From: Octopus vulgaris
Taxonomy: Eukaryota
Length of the DNA: 64,000 nucleotides
Reading direction: 5' to 3'
NCBI GenBank assembly: GCA_951406725.2
Contig: OX597822.1
Location: 24,552,001-24,616,000, forward strand
The notes beneath the pieces are model-generated. The model ran no database searches, was not told the DNA's origin, and saw nothing but the letters and a program-made list of their open reading frames with translations. The translations under genes and the position numbers were made by a program. Shown piece by piece: positions 12,086 to 24,877 of this stretch; position 1 is the first letter of the stretch, and every line of letters begins with the position of its first letter.

Positions 12086-12989
12086 ACCCACTACACTCTC
12101 GGAGTGGTTGGCGTTAGGAAGGGCATCCAGCTGTAGAAACACTGCCAGATCTGACTGGCCTGGTGCAGCCTTCTGGCTCCCCAGACCCCAGTTGAACCGT
12201 CCAACCCATGCTAGCATGGAAAACGGACGCTAAATGATGATGATGATGATGATGATATATATATAAATAATATACCTTTTATGTTTTACCTGTTTCAGTC
12301 ATTAGACTGTGGCCATACTGGGGCACTGCCTGAAATTTTAGTCGAATGAATCAACCCTAGTACTTATTCTATCAGTTTCTTTTGCTGAACTGCTGGGGAC
12401 GTAAACACACTAACACCAGTTGTCAAGTGGTGATGGGACAAACACAGACACATAGATATATAGACATATATATATATATATATACAACAGGCTTCTTTCA
12501 GTTTCTGTCTACCAAATCCACTCATAAAACTTTGGTCAGCCCCAAGGCTATAGTGGAAGACACTTGCCTAGGGTTCAATGCAGTGGGACTGAACCCAGAA
12601 CCACTTGGTTGGGAAGCAAAGGTTTTTATGGAACCTGTGAAGGTGTCTGCATAGAAATGAGTGGTGAAAGCAATGGAGGCAGCCTCAGAGTGAAGCAGAC
12701 ATGATGGCATGAGCTGCCAAAGAAATACATAGATTTTGTGGAAAGTGATGGTGGTCACACGGGAGTGGAGAGGGGGAGTAAAAATACATTTATTTTTTTT
12801 TACTTAATCAATAGAAAAAGAGCAAGAACAAGTGAGAAAGTGTAAAGTTTTTATTAATCCAAAAGCAAACAATATGGATTCAATAAAAAGAGAAAAAAAA
12901 TACTTCAAATAAAAATTAAAACAACAAGGATTTTTGATTGAAAATTACCAAAGATAATTAATATATTAGTAGCAGCAATAATAATAATA

Positions 12990-13910
12990 ATCCTTTCTGC
13001 TATAGGCACAAAGGCATGAAATTTGTGGGGAGGGGACTAATCGATTACATCGACCCTTGTACTTCACCCGTATTTAATTTATCAACCCTGAAAGGATGAA
13101 AGGCAAAGCTGACCTCAGCAGATTTTGAACTCAGAATGTAGTGATGGGCGAAATACCGCTAAGTATTTCATCCGGCATGCTAACGATTCTGCCAGCTCAC
13201 TGCCTTAATAATATTAAGTCCTTTCTGCAATAGGCAAAAGACCTGAAATTTTGGGGGAGATAGATTAGATCAATTAGACTGATCCCAGTACGCAACTGGT
13301 ACTTCATTTATCAACCTGGAAAGGATGAAAGGCAAAGTTGACCTTGGCAGAATTTGAACTCAAAATGTAGCTATGGGTGAAATACTGCCAAGCATTTTGC
13401 CTGGTATGCTAACGATTCTGCCAGCTCACTACCTTAATAATAATAATAATGGCTTAAAATTTTGGTACACAGCCAGCAATTTTAGGAGATGGAGAAAGTT
13501 GATTACATCAGCCCACCAATACTGGACTGGTAGTTTATTTTATTGACCCTGAAAAGATGAAAAGCAAAGTTGATCTTGGCAGTATTGAACTCTGAACAAA
13601 ACGAATCAGAGGAAGCGCCACCAAGCATTTTGTTCAATGTGTTAACAATTCTTATTTCTTTATTGCCCACAAGGGGCTAAACATAGAGGGGACAAACAAG
13701 GACAGACAAAGGGATTAAGTCGATTACATCGACCCCAGTGCATAACTGGTACTTAATTTATTGACTCAAAAGGATGAAAGGCAAAGTCAACCTCAGCGGA
13801 ATTTGAACTCAGAACGCAGCAGCGGACAAAATACCAGAAAGCATTTCGCCCAGCTTGCTAATGTTTCTGCTAGCTCGCTGCCGTAAACAATTCTGTCAAC
13901 TTGCCACCTT
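12990..13910 (-). mobile_element. Cluster of SINE family B copies
   Basis: Repeated aaaggatgaaaggcaaagtcgacc...ggaatttgaactcagaa. Other copies at about 23945-24370, 33160-33595, 39800-40030(+), 45670-45890, 47090-47290(+), 48560-49850, 53955-54350, 55470-55680 and 58712-58860(+). The central gcctttcatcctttcggggtcgataaattaagtacc resembles Deu/Nin-type SINE central domains (from memory). Confidence 0.8.
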
Positions 13911-15414
13911 AGTAATAATAATGCTTTTTTCATTAACCACTGAAGGGTTCACAAATACATTGGGGACAATACAAGATAATATAATGTAGTGTTCACTCAT
14001 TATATCTTTGCCAGAGTCACTTCGTCATCTTTTTACATCTACTTTTCAAAGATTTACCAAGGCAGTGTTTTTTATGATCAGATACTTTTCCAGTCACTGA
14101 ATCCTTTTATTCAACTTTCACAACATATACAAATATGGTACACTTATTCTCAAAACAGGATATCACTGTTGTCATCATCATCATCATCATCATCATCATC
14201 ACCATTTTAAAGTCCACTTTCCCATACTTACATTGGTCAAAGGAAATTTGCTGAGGTAGATTTTCAACAGTCAGATGCCCTTTCTACTACCAACCCAAAT
14301 GTATTTCCAAGTCTGCTAATAGTTCCTTTAGTCTTTCAGACACAAACAGCCGAAATGGCTGGACAAGATTTCATACAGGATTGTAAACAAATGGCACTGT
14401 GTATATAACAGGGGCACTTGTCTACAATAAGCATGCCATCTCAAGACAAAAGAAAAAAAACATGAATGAACATATACATACATGTATATATCATCATTCT
14501 ATAATTTCTATTTACAAAATCTACTCACAGGCTTTGGTTGGCTTGAGGCTATAGTAGAAGACACCTAAGGTGTCACACAGTGGGACTGAACTTGAAACCA
14601 CCTGATTAGGAAATAAACATCTTAACCACACAACTATACTATTCATCCTCATCATCATCGTTTAACGTCTGCTTTCCATGCTGGCATGGGTTGGGTGGTT
14701 TGACCCAACCCATGCCTTACAAAACCTTTTTTCCAAATTTTAAGCCCCCAAAATTAGGGGGTTACTCATACTCATCATTTAACATTTGTCTGCTGTACCA
14801 GGATCTGACAGAATTTGAACTCAGAATGTAGTGATGGGCGAAATACCGCTAAGTATTGGTTGGGTGGTTTGACCCAACCCATGCCTTACAAAACCTTTTT
14901 TCCAAATTTTAAGCCCCCAAAATTAGGGGGTTACTCATACTCATCATTTAACATTTGTCTGCTGTACCAGGATCTGACAGAATTTGAACTCAGAATGTAG
15001 TGATGGGCGAAATACTGCTAAGTATTTCATCCGGCATGCTAACGATTCTGCCAGCTCACTGCCTTAATAATATTAATAAGTCCTTTCTACTATAGGCAAA
15101 AGACCTGAAATTTTGGGGGAGATAGATTAGATCAATTAGACTGATCCCAGTATGCAACCCCAGCTGGAAAGAGATGGTGGTGATGAGGTGTCAGGGTGTA
15201 CCCTCAAAATGCAAGAAGGTGGTAATGAGGTGTCAGAGTGTACCCTCAAAATGTAAAAGAGAGAACATGAACAGAGGATCAGAAAAGGTAGGTGGGATAG
15301 ATAAGTTCTCAAGAGTGAAATGAAGTTGACAGTTGGCTAGAGATGGGGATAAAGGTGGATGCATGGTCAGTGGTGAATATCAGTTTGAGGGGAAGGAAGA
15401 GGAGGGGAAGAAGT

Positions 15415-16100
15415 TTTCTTCTTAGCTGAGATTAAAAGCGAAATTTTATTTTTACAGTCTGGACATCTTGTTTATATAAAAATCCAAGAAATTTTGTTTC
15501 TCAACAGAGACTAAAACCAAAATTTATCTCCTTCACTGTCTGGAAATTCCCTTTTATATAAGTCTATAGTATATTACAGAGAACAATTTCTTCTCAACTG
15601 AGATTAATAGCAACATTTCTCTTCTTCAGAATAGAAATCCTCAATGTAGAAATTCATCAGGATTATGGTGAAAAATTTCTTCTCAGCTGAGATTAAAAGC
15701 CAAATTTCTCTTCTTTATTATTTGGGAATCTTGTTTCTATAACTCTATCTTGAATTACTGTGAAATATTTCTTCAGAACCAAGATTATGAGCAAAAAATT
15801 TATTTCCTTCAGACTGGAAATTCTGTTAATATAAATGTACAGTGAATTAGAGTGAAATAATTTTCAGGATCTAGGTTAAGGGTAAAAACTTAGCCTTTCC
15901 ATTTTAGAAATCTTGTTTATACAACTTTATGGTGAATTATTGTGAAATATTTCAACTCAACTGAGATTAAAAGCAAAATTTCTCTTCTTCACTGTCTGGA
16001 AATTCTGTTTATATAAATTACTTTATAGGACATTACAGTGAAATGTTTCTTCTCATCAGAGATTAATAGCAAAATTTCCATTTTTTTTTTCTTCATGACC
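15415..16100. repeat. Degenerate ~90-bp minisatellite, about 8 units
   Basis: Recurring ctgagattaaaagcaaaatttctcttc...ctggaaattctgtttatataaa, with anchors near 15428, 15508, 15600, 15689, 15782, 15873, 15963 and 16060. Confidence 0.75.
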
Positions 16101-16296
16101 TGAAATGCATACAAGATTGTATCATTTTCCAGATATTGACAAAGACCACCGTTAATGAAATATAGTAGTAGAAGTATTTGTAAGGAATAAACTATAAAAA
16201 CAAAAGAAAGGAAAATCATCCATATATTGTTGTGAGAGAAGAAAAGTTATATGAAAATCAATTATGTGATTGATTTTTTTTTAACCCCTTGAAGAG

Positions 16297-16470
16297 ATGT
16301 CGAAAGAAAGAGACTAGTTGTATTACCACTGTGATATCTGTATAAAATCTTCTCAAAAAGATAGACTCACTGTTCACAAACGCAGTCAAACAGAAGGAAA
16401 AAAACAACCTATAACCTGTAGTTAAATCATTCTCTCATATCCATAACCTTAACACACGTAAATATATTCA
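16297..16470 (+). pseudogene. Decayed C2H2 zinc-finger gene fragment
   Basis: Translates MSKERD*LYYHCDICIKSSQKDRLTVHKRSQTEGK, then after a frameshift KSFSHIHNLNTRKYIQ; candidate acceptor TTTTCCAG near 16132. Confidence 0.65.
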
Positions 16471-16899
16471 AATACCTGTACTTGCTCTAAGTATTTGATA
16501 ATGAGTATAGGATCCTGGCTGGAGGAAGATTACCTTACCACCCCCTGGCTGAAGGGAAGAGTATTAATGAAGGGGGTGAAAAGAAGGGATGCATATTCAT
16601 GTGACAGTTGCAAAGGAATTTAGTTTTGTGCCTGTGACCATAGCAGAAGTCTCACTAAACAAAATTTTTGCAACAGAGAAAAACACTGAGGTGTCCTGGA
16701 TGTCCTGTTTGGCCAGGAATCTGACTGGAATTCAGATTGATGCACACAAAATTGTAATGTGAATCAGACGATAAGCATTGATGGTAGCAAGAAGGCAAGC
16801 CACAGAGGTAAAATCAATGCATCTACAAAAGAGTTTTCAAGGCCAGCAAGTGAATATAAGATGGTTTAAAGCAGATGAATTGCTAATCTGCAAAGAGTT

Positions 16900-19430
16900 C
16901 AAAAATACTTTGGAAGAAATGATTTTTGGTGCAAGAAGAGCTTCAAGTACTCACTGATATAATCTGTTACACAGGCGAGGAAATATTTGGCACATAAAAT
17001 GGAAGTGGTAGAAATAAAGTGCCAAGAGGTAATATGAAGAGGAATCACCTTCCAAAGAGGCCAAGAAGAAGAAACCTTTGAAGAGTAGGTGGACTGAGGC
17101 AAGGGAAGAAGAAAAGGTACCTTTGAAAACGCTATATAATAATATTAAGAAGTGCCACTGACAGTTGGTGTGAATAAAAAAACATGAAGGAAAGAGGAAG
17201 GCTCAAGTAATAGGGTTCATTGAATACTTTTACAAGTATGCAAATGGGTTGTTTCAGGAGAGCAGAAATGATCACCTGACCAGTAGCAGGGATGAGCTGA
17301 AGACACACTTTTGTATTATGTATAATGGTAATCTTCAAGATACCCACTATACAACCAATGCAAGAGTTACTGAAAGTGACAGGAGCTGGAAAAAAAATTT
17401 GACTTTAGATACCTTTGAATGAAAAAAACTTCAGTTTTTCATTAAAAAAAAATGACTGAAGAGTGTGCCAGACCTGGATGGAGTGCCATATAGAAATATT
17501 CCATTCTGAGCAACTAACTATTTTTCATTCTTTGACAAGTTTAAAAAGAGAAGATTATGGATTGCTGGGAAAGACTAGAAGTTGTAGTGGATTTTGCAAA
17601 CACGAAGTGGATTTGATCCACCATAGCCAAATTTGAATTAACACTGCAACAGAACTTTTTCCATGGCGGAACAATGGTTTTTCTCTGCAGCAGTTTTACA
17701 TTTTCCAGACACCTTTAGCTAGGCTGAAATAATGTTTTCACCACTTGACCCTTTCTAACCTCTTCTACTTCACCAAAAGCTAGAATAGATAACATCCTTC
17801 TGGATAGTTATAAAAGCAATCACACCCCAAGCAAAAATCAGTTAGTCACCAGTCAGTGACGACTCAACCAAGTAGTCACTTCGGTGATGACGAAGTCTGG
17901 CTGACCAGTTAGAACCTTGGTCAGAGGGAGAAATGAAGTTTACTGTCAGCAACTGTGAGACAACGTTCAACACCCTACAATTCTCACTAGCTCTAATTCT
18001 GTTCTTTTACAACATCATTCTATCTCTCTCTGTATTTACTACTAAACAATGAAGAGGAGAAAAACACAAACTTTACTTCGCATGCTTTTGGATTTATCAT
18101 AACCTGCCTGTCGAGGCAAGGTACTCTAACGTAACAGTAAATAAATATTTCCTTAAAACTTCATGCTTTGTTCATCTTTCATATCCTACAACATGCAATT
18201 ATAACAACAAATCTTTATCGTTACAACTGCTCACTCTGACACATCATATTATTGTTTACCAATCCAATTTCTGCTGTTACAAAGTTATTCACCTTCTTAA
18301 AGAACAGAACCCATCAACTTTTAACCAATTCAAGCCAATTTCTCAAGTGAAAGTTGAAGGATAAATATTCCTCAGCATTATTGCTATACAAATGATTATA
18401 TTTCTGTTAGAAAATGGTTTCTGTATCAATAAGAATTCAAACTATATCAGATTGTATACAATATGCAACTATGGAATGTCGTGCAAACAACAAAGGAGGA
18501 GAAAAGCAACCTGGGAAATGATTTGGGGTCAGTTCTACACAAAGTGTTTCAGTATGCTGTGGAATTGTTCTGGATTTTGCTTGAAATCAGAAGACCAATA
18601 ACGGATTATTACAGTAAATTCTACATGTTCTTTTCCACAAAAAATATATAATGACTTGGGACAAATTGGAAGTAAGAACTGCTGCTAAGTGCACACACTG
18701 TCAGTTGGTTGGTTGATAATTTGAATGGAAGTTATCCTACAAGGAACAATAGACCACAGCCACAAGATAAAGATCTGCTACTTAAAGAATGGATGATGTA
18801 GCATTGTTGGCAAAGAAGAAGTATTCAATAATGAAATCCTGTGCAGACTGGATTAGGATGAGTTGATAAACTGAGCAAAGGTGTATTTTAAAGTAAAATA
18901 CATGTGTAATGTAACTCTTATGAAAAGAAAGAAGTGAAGTATGAAAATGCAGAAGTCATGCCTATGATAAGAAGAGAGACAGTGAAATGCCTGGGGAAAC
19001 TGTAATATGAATTATTTAACAACGGACATAAGGGGATCAAAATGGTGGAAAACAGATTTTTGATGTTTCACAAAGCATGGCTCCTAGGCAAGTTCAAGCT
19101 TTGGTGCAGTTTGCTCTTTACTTCAGATTGGAATGGTTACTGGTGACAAATGAAGTTGAGCAAATACATGATGAGACTATTAAAAGCAGAAAGATAACTT
19201 CTATATTCACAATTATTGTGATGGACTTCTGCACCTTGTCTGTTAGAATTACTTATCCTGTCAATAGCTGATCTGTATAAATGTAAGAAGGTGTACATTA
19301 TGTTGATGCTGGGCCATGTGAATAATTAGGTCATCTGTTTCTCCCTTCTGGAGATGAAGACTATGAAAAAAAAATAATAATAAATGGCAATTGAAACAAC
19401 AAACAACATGGCATCTCTAGAGTTTGAGGA
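16900..19430 (+). mobile_element. Heavily decayed non-LTR retrotransposon relic, interrupted by the solo LTR
   Basis: Scattered RT-like remnants (PDGVPY near 17474, GSVLH near 18527, MD-type motif near 18789) in purine-rich sequence with many stops. Confidence 0.35.
17583..18281. mobile_element. Solo LTR (TG...CA), second copy
   Basis: TGTAGTGG...GTTACA with a 4-bp TSD (AAGT) on both sides; clearly homologous to 7013-8075. Confidence 0.8.
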
Positions 19431-19529
19431 TATAGTAAGACCCACACAGACCAAATTAAAAATAAAAAGCACCCCTCAAAATTTCAAGTTAGACTATGCC
19501 ATGCTATTAATCAGAGATAAAAAGGCTGT

Positions 19530-20130
19530 GATGACATTTTACCGATGATAGTGACAACATTTTAACTATCTTGAGAGGCATGAAAAGGTTCAGTTTGGTT
19601 AAGCTCAGAAAAGACCTGATCTGCACTCATAACTCCTTACAGCTTAGAGTTACCATTGAGACCAGAGTTAATTTCTTAGATGCAACATTCAAATGAAGCA
19701 CTGGTTCATACAGGCCCAACTGCAAACCAAATGAAAGACTGTTGCACATCAACACAGTCTCCTGCAACCTTCCAATAACATTTAAAGATCTTGTAAAGGC
19801 AGTCAATAAAAAGATTTTGAACTTTTCCACAAATAAACATGTCTCTGATACAGCCACCTCCTTTTATAACAAGGCTCTGGCAGAAAATGGGTTTAAGGAC
19901 TGCATCACTTATACACCCTGCCCTAATGCCCACAAGAGAAAGCACTCCCAGTCATTTAGTTTGCCACTCTACCCACATTCTCACTCAATGTGAAAACCTG
20001 CATGAGAGGGGTCTTTCTTAGATTAGTGGATAAGAATTTTACATAGGATTATAGGTATAGGAAAACATTCAATCAGCATATAATTTCAGGGTCTTGTTGA
20101 GTTGTGAACCTAATGTTAAAAAGCTGTTAG
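19530..20130 (+). mobile_element. Penelope-like element fragment (RT thumb/linker), degenerate
   Basis: RVNFLDATFK, YRPNCKPNERLLHINTVSCN, VKAVNKKILNFSTN, FYNKALAENGFK and FSLNVKT...FLRLVDKNF match the PLE post-RT region. Confidence 0.75.
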
Positions 20131-21808
20131 TGAGTATCTCAAAGTATGACACATTCCTCTACCAGGTAGATCCTGCTGACTCACCCAACCCACGCCAGCA
20201 TGGAAAAAGGAAACTGAAAGATGTTGATGATGATGATGGGTGATGATAGCACAGATATATTATATAAAAATACATAACATATAACATGATTGCAGGTCAA
20301 ATTTTTTGACCGTCTGTATTCGGACACGTGAACCTTTAATGTAATTCTCAGGCACAATCAACATGACACAAAGTGTGATAAGGACTGGACCTTTGAATTA
20401 CAAGTATAATCCACTGGATGGCCTTCCATGCAGATTCTGTCTTTCCAATTTCACTCAGAAGATCTTGGTTAACAAGGGTAGTACAAAATGACAGTTGCAG
20501 TAGAATTAACAAGATCTTATGATTAGGAAATGAAGTTGCCTCCTAGTATCCAAGTTTATTTATGTATTAAAGTGAATTGTAATTATAGTCCACCTTTTTT
20601 TTTTCTTTGTAAAGACTGTTTGCAAGTTGTTTTTTAGCAGGTAAGTCTTGCTTTCAGTTTGATGAGGAAATAAATTACTATTTTGACCAGGAAACTTTGG
20701 GTAGCTATTTGCAAAATTTATGGGTTTTCGTTTAAGATTATCTTTACTCTCTTAGCTGATCGACTACTTTTCTATTTGTTGAAGCACTGCCATCTGTCTG
20801 TCTGTATGTATGTATGCATGCATAAGCGATGAAAAATAACTAAACAAAGAACAATCAAATAATTCAAGAAAAGGAAGGAATTTAAGGTAAATGCAGACAT
20901 GAATTGCAAAACAATATAATTCACTGCATCATGTACCTACTATGCAATAAAAATTATATTGGCCAAATGGGATCATAATGAATGGGTGAGAGTACATAAA
21001 CAACAAATCAAAATATTCCTTGTTGTGAATATCTAAACATGTGTGCAATAAGTAAATTCAAAGTATTCCTGTTTTTCAAAATAAAGGAAGAGAATGATCA
21101 GCTACGAAAGTAAAAAGAAGACTACTGTATAAGGATTCTAAATCTAAAACTAAACCAGAAATAGCACTAAAATTAAAAACAACACTGTCAATATGATTTA
21201 CTCCATAACAATTGTGGCTGAAAAACTGTAAATAGTGAAAGCATTTAAACAGAATACAAAATTTTTTTCCCAAAAGATTTATGGTGTTGTTTTTAAATTT
21301 AAGAAAATCTTTCTTCAGATAAGCGGACTATATCAAGAATTCTTTACAAACATTTTATACACGGACATTAAATGACGATGATGATGATGATGAGAGGTAT
21401 TGATATCCAAAAGATCCAAGGCTATGGAGGGACCACAGTTAAACTCTCGGTATGATAATAATATGAGTATATGCTATATATATATATATGCATATGTATA
21501 GTCACACACACACACACATGTTTGTGTGTTTGTGTGAGATTAGTAGAGAATGTGTTAAAAGAGGTAACAGTACATGACTTGTTAATGAGTTGAAAGACTG
21601 TAGCAGAAGTAATCAATTTCCTTTCAGATACTTGAATAATAATGATTTTGCTATTTTCCTTATTTTCCTTTTTTGTTTTTACTTTTAAAAATGTCTTCCT
21701 TTGCATAGATTTACAATTTCAGTTAGCAATGAAAAAACTTTGTACCATTCTTCAATAACAAAACAAAACTAATAACAAAAATATATACAAACAAATGAAG
21801 TATGCATG

Positions 21809-21954
21809 TTATAATTGCGGTTGAGTATCAACTGGTGTCCTTCTTCGCTTGTACAGGTAATAAAGAATTGTAGGTAACATTGACACTATGTTTAAGATGG
21901 AGACTATATAAAAACTGATGGTGTAGTCATTGTTGTTATGTTCTGTGATAACAC
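21809..21954 (-). CDS. MCT-like transporter terminal exon 5 (GVITEHNNNDYTISFYIVSILNIVSMLPTILYYLYKRRRTPVDTQPQL*)
   Basis: Acceptor TTCTAATTTCAG|GT, phase 1; corresponds to the SLC16 GxLxDxxgsYxxxFy segment and TM12; stop TAA at 21811-21809. Confidence 0.85.
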
Positions 21955-22569
21955 CTGAAATTAGAACAGAATATTTATGGAAATAAAAAATACCAAAGAA
22001 AAGAATATATAATTCATGAAATGCATGCAGAAGAACAAAAATGAAACAATAGTGTATCTATTCATTCTCAATACATTCTGGCAGATTCAGATGTGAATAT
22101 CTGTTGCTTTTCATCATCAGAGAACACCTCTTCCCTTTAACACATGTGTTCCAATCACATGTGACTCACTAGTGTATATTATGAACACACATCCTTTCCC
22201 ACATACCCCACCTCTACTCCCACCCTCTGCCTACCCACAAACCCCAACCCCCAGCTGAACCCACACCCCACCCGTGCTTTCCCTACTCTCGCCTCCCCAA
22301 CCTCCCAACAACATCACACCATACAACATTACACATCACATCACACCACACCACTCACACACCCATCCCCACATTTTCACACCTACACATACATACATGC
22401 ACACGTCCAGACCATCAGCCCTCTTTCACATGCACATACATAATCTCTTATACACACACGCACTTTCGTGTTGGGGGTCATCTTTACTTTGTTATCTCCC
22501 CTACTTTCCTTCTCGAGTGTGACCCTTCTGTCCAAGTAGTCGCAATGATAGATCTTTAGCCACTACACA

Positions 22570-22700
22570 CATTTTTTTCTCTCTTTGTTTTTTCTGTGTC
22601 CCTCTCTGTAGAAGAGCATAGGCTCGAAATATGAAAGACTTTTTCTATTCCTTGTTTTGTACACCACCTGTCTTTGTCTTTTGTTTTTTTCGTAAACTCT

Positions 22701-22737
<37 letters not shown>

Positions 22738-22871
22738 TCTCCTTTTTTTCTCTCCTTGTTTTTTCTGTGTCAGTTTCTGTAGAAGAGCATAGGCTCGAAA
22801 TGTAAAAGACTTTTTCTATTCCTTGTTTTGTACACCATCTGTCTTCGTCTTTTGTTTTTTTCGTAAACTCT

Positions 22872-22920
<49 letters not shown>

Positions 22921-23060
22921 TCTCCTTTTTTCTCTCCTTGTTTTTTCTGTGTCAGTTTCTGTAGAAGAGCATAGGCTCGAAATGTAAAAGACTTTTTCTA
23001 TTCCTTGTTTTGTACACCACCTGTCTTCGTCTTTTGTTTTTTTCGTAAACTCTCCTATAT
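22570..23060 (+). repeat. Three tandem ~165-185-bp units, each with a degenerate minimal hammerhead, separated by (TA)n
   Basis: Each unit has CTGTAGA-A-GAGC-ATAG-GCTC-GAAAT (GTA site in units 2 and 3); same architecture as the intact motif at 60952-60988. Confidence 0.7.
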
Positions 23061-23160
23061 TATGAACACACATTGTCCAAAGGAGAGGAAAGATTCTCTG
23101 ACAATGAATAACAAACAACAGCAACCAGATATCCATGTTAAAGTCTGCCAGAATTGTTAA

Positions 23161-23374
23161 CCCTTTAGCATTTAAATTACTGTCGAACATAATGCTTATT
23201 CATTCACATTGTTTTGAGTAAGTTGTGCATTATCTTGTAGCTTCAAGACTTTAATGATATGATTGTTTATTTTTTAGAATGATATTGTAGGTAGGTGTGA
23301 GTGGTCGAATCTAGATTGAACATAAAACAAGTAGAATATTTGCACTGGATATGGCCAGGTTAAATGCCAAATGG
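23161..23374. mobile_element. piggyBac-type MITE
   Basis: TTAA|CCCTTTAGCATTTAA ... TTAAATGCCAAATGG|TTAA. Confidence 0.65.
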
Positions 23375-23565
23375 TTAAGAATGAACAGATGTGATATTGT
23401 CAAGAAAAATATAATTAAAGGAAGAAAAGTATAAAACCCAAAAAGAATATTATAAGTAAAAATGAAGCTGAATGAAATGGGTGCAGAGGAATATGTTTTG
23501 TTTTAGAAAATTTCTCATTCAATATATGTCCTGTATAAATTGACTGCTAAGGTTCTTGAAGTTAA

Positions 23566-23783
23566 CCCTTTAGTGTTCAGATTATTCTGTCAAATGTGAT
23601 GTTTGTTTATTTAAAATGGTTTGAATTAATCATGCATTATCTTGTAGTTTAGAGATTTCAGTGATGTGATTTTTTAGTTTTAGAATGGCATGGTAGGGCT
23701 GAGGTGAGGCGAGATCTGGTCAGTTTCAATATAAAACAGGTTAAATATTTTGGCCAGATATGGCCAGTTTGAATGCTAAAGGG
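23566..23783. mobile_element. piggyBac-type MITE (same family)
   Basis: TTAA|CCCTTTAG ... CTAAAGGG|TTAA; internal similarity to 23161-23374. Confidence 0.75.
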
Positions 23784-24877
23784 TTAATCATAAGCAAAAA
23801 GTTGAGACAGAAAAAGAGTAGCAGACCTTTTAACAAATCTGAATGATGCAAATATAGTGCCTTACTTGGTGAGTGATTGTATTATTATTTACACTACAAA
23901 GCACTTGCCATTCTCTTTTCAAATATAGGTGCTATAAATACCCTTTTCTACTCCAGGCACAAGGCCCAAAATTTTTTTTGTGGGGGGGAGCAGTCAATTA
24001 GATCAACCCCAGTATGCAACTGGTACTTAATTTATCAACCCCAAAAGGATGTAAGGCAAAGTTGATCTTGGCAGAATTTGAACTCAGAACATAAAGATAG
24101 ATGAAATAATGCTAAGCATTTTGCCCAGCATGCCGTTTATTTCTTTATTGCCCACAAGGGGCTAAACATAGAGGAGACATACAAGGACAGACAAAGGGAT
24201 TAAGCCAATTAGATCGATCCCAGTGCGTAACTGGTACTTAATTTATTGACCCCCCAAAAGGATGAAAGGCAAAGTCGACCTCAGCGGAATTTGAACTCAG
24301 AACGTAACAGCAGGCGAAATACCACTAAGCATTTCGCCCAACGTGCTACCGTTTCTGCCAGCTTGCCACCTTGGAGGTACTATAAATACTGTTCTGATAG
24401 GTACAGGCATGACTGCAAACATGTGGTTTGGGTTCAGTCCCACTATGTGGCCTTTTCAGCAAGTGTCTCCTACTCTAGCCCCATGCCAACTAGTGTCTTG
24501 TGGTAGATGAAACTGTGTGGAAGGCCATTGTATATGTGTAGGAGTGTGTTTTTGCATTTGTCCCCATATACTTGACAACCAGTATTGGCTTGTTTACATC
24601 CCTGTAACTAAATGGCTTAGCAAAAGAGATCAATTGAATATGCTTCAAACTTAAAAAATATCCTGGGGTTGAATTGTTCAACTAAACCCAATGAGGTGGC
24701 ATCCCAACACAAGGCCAGAGTCCAATGACTGAAACTAGTAAAAGATAAAAGATATTTAGCTGTTACATCAAGTGTGACACTTCTCTATGATGGAACTTAC
24801 TTGAAAAACCCATCCTGCTGGTGCTGAGAGAGTGATAAAGCAACTAGAATCAATTTATATAGGGTGTAATATAGCAA

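Larger units (their letters stand above)
8596..12256 (+). mobile_element. RTE LINE insertion including expanded 3' UTR and (TGA)n tail
   Basis: The ORF is followed by six tandem 3'-UTR units, then ggcgttaggaagggcatccagctgta and a (TGA)n tail; inserted in a TA-rich target. Confidence 0.88.

Noticed and set aside
9770-12233. Many repeated short ORFs on both strands
   Set aside because: By-products of the GC-richer tandem array, with no recognisable domain.
7013-18281. Full-length LTR retrotransposon bounded by the two repeats
   Set aside because: Each repeat has its own different TSD, and no gag, protease or integrase is visible between them.
20555-20560. Poly(A) signal for the transporter (AATAAA on the minus strand)
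   Set aside because: Plausible, but the hexamer is common in this AT-rich sequence and cannot be assigned without transcript data.
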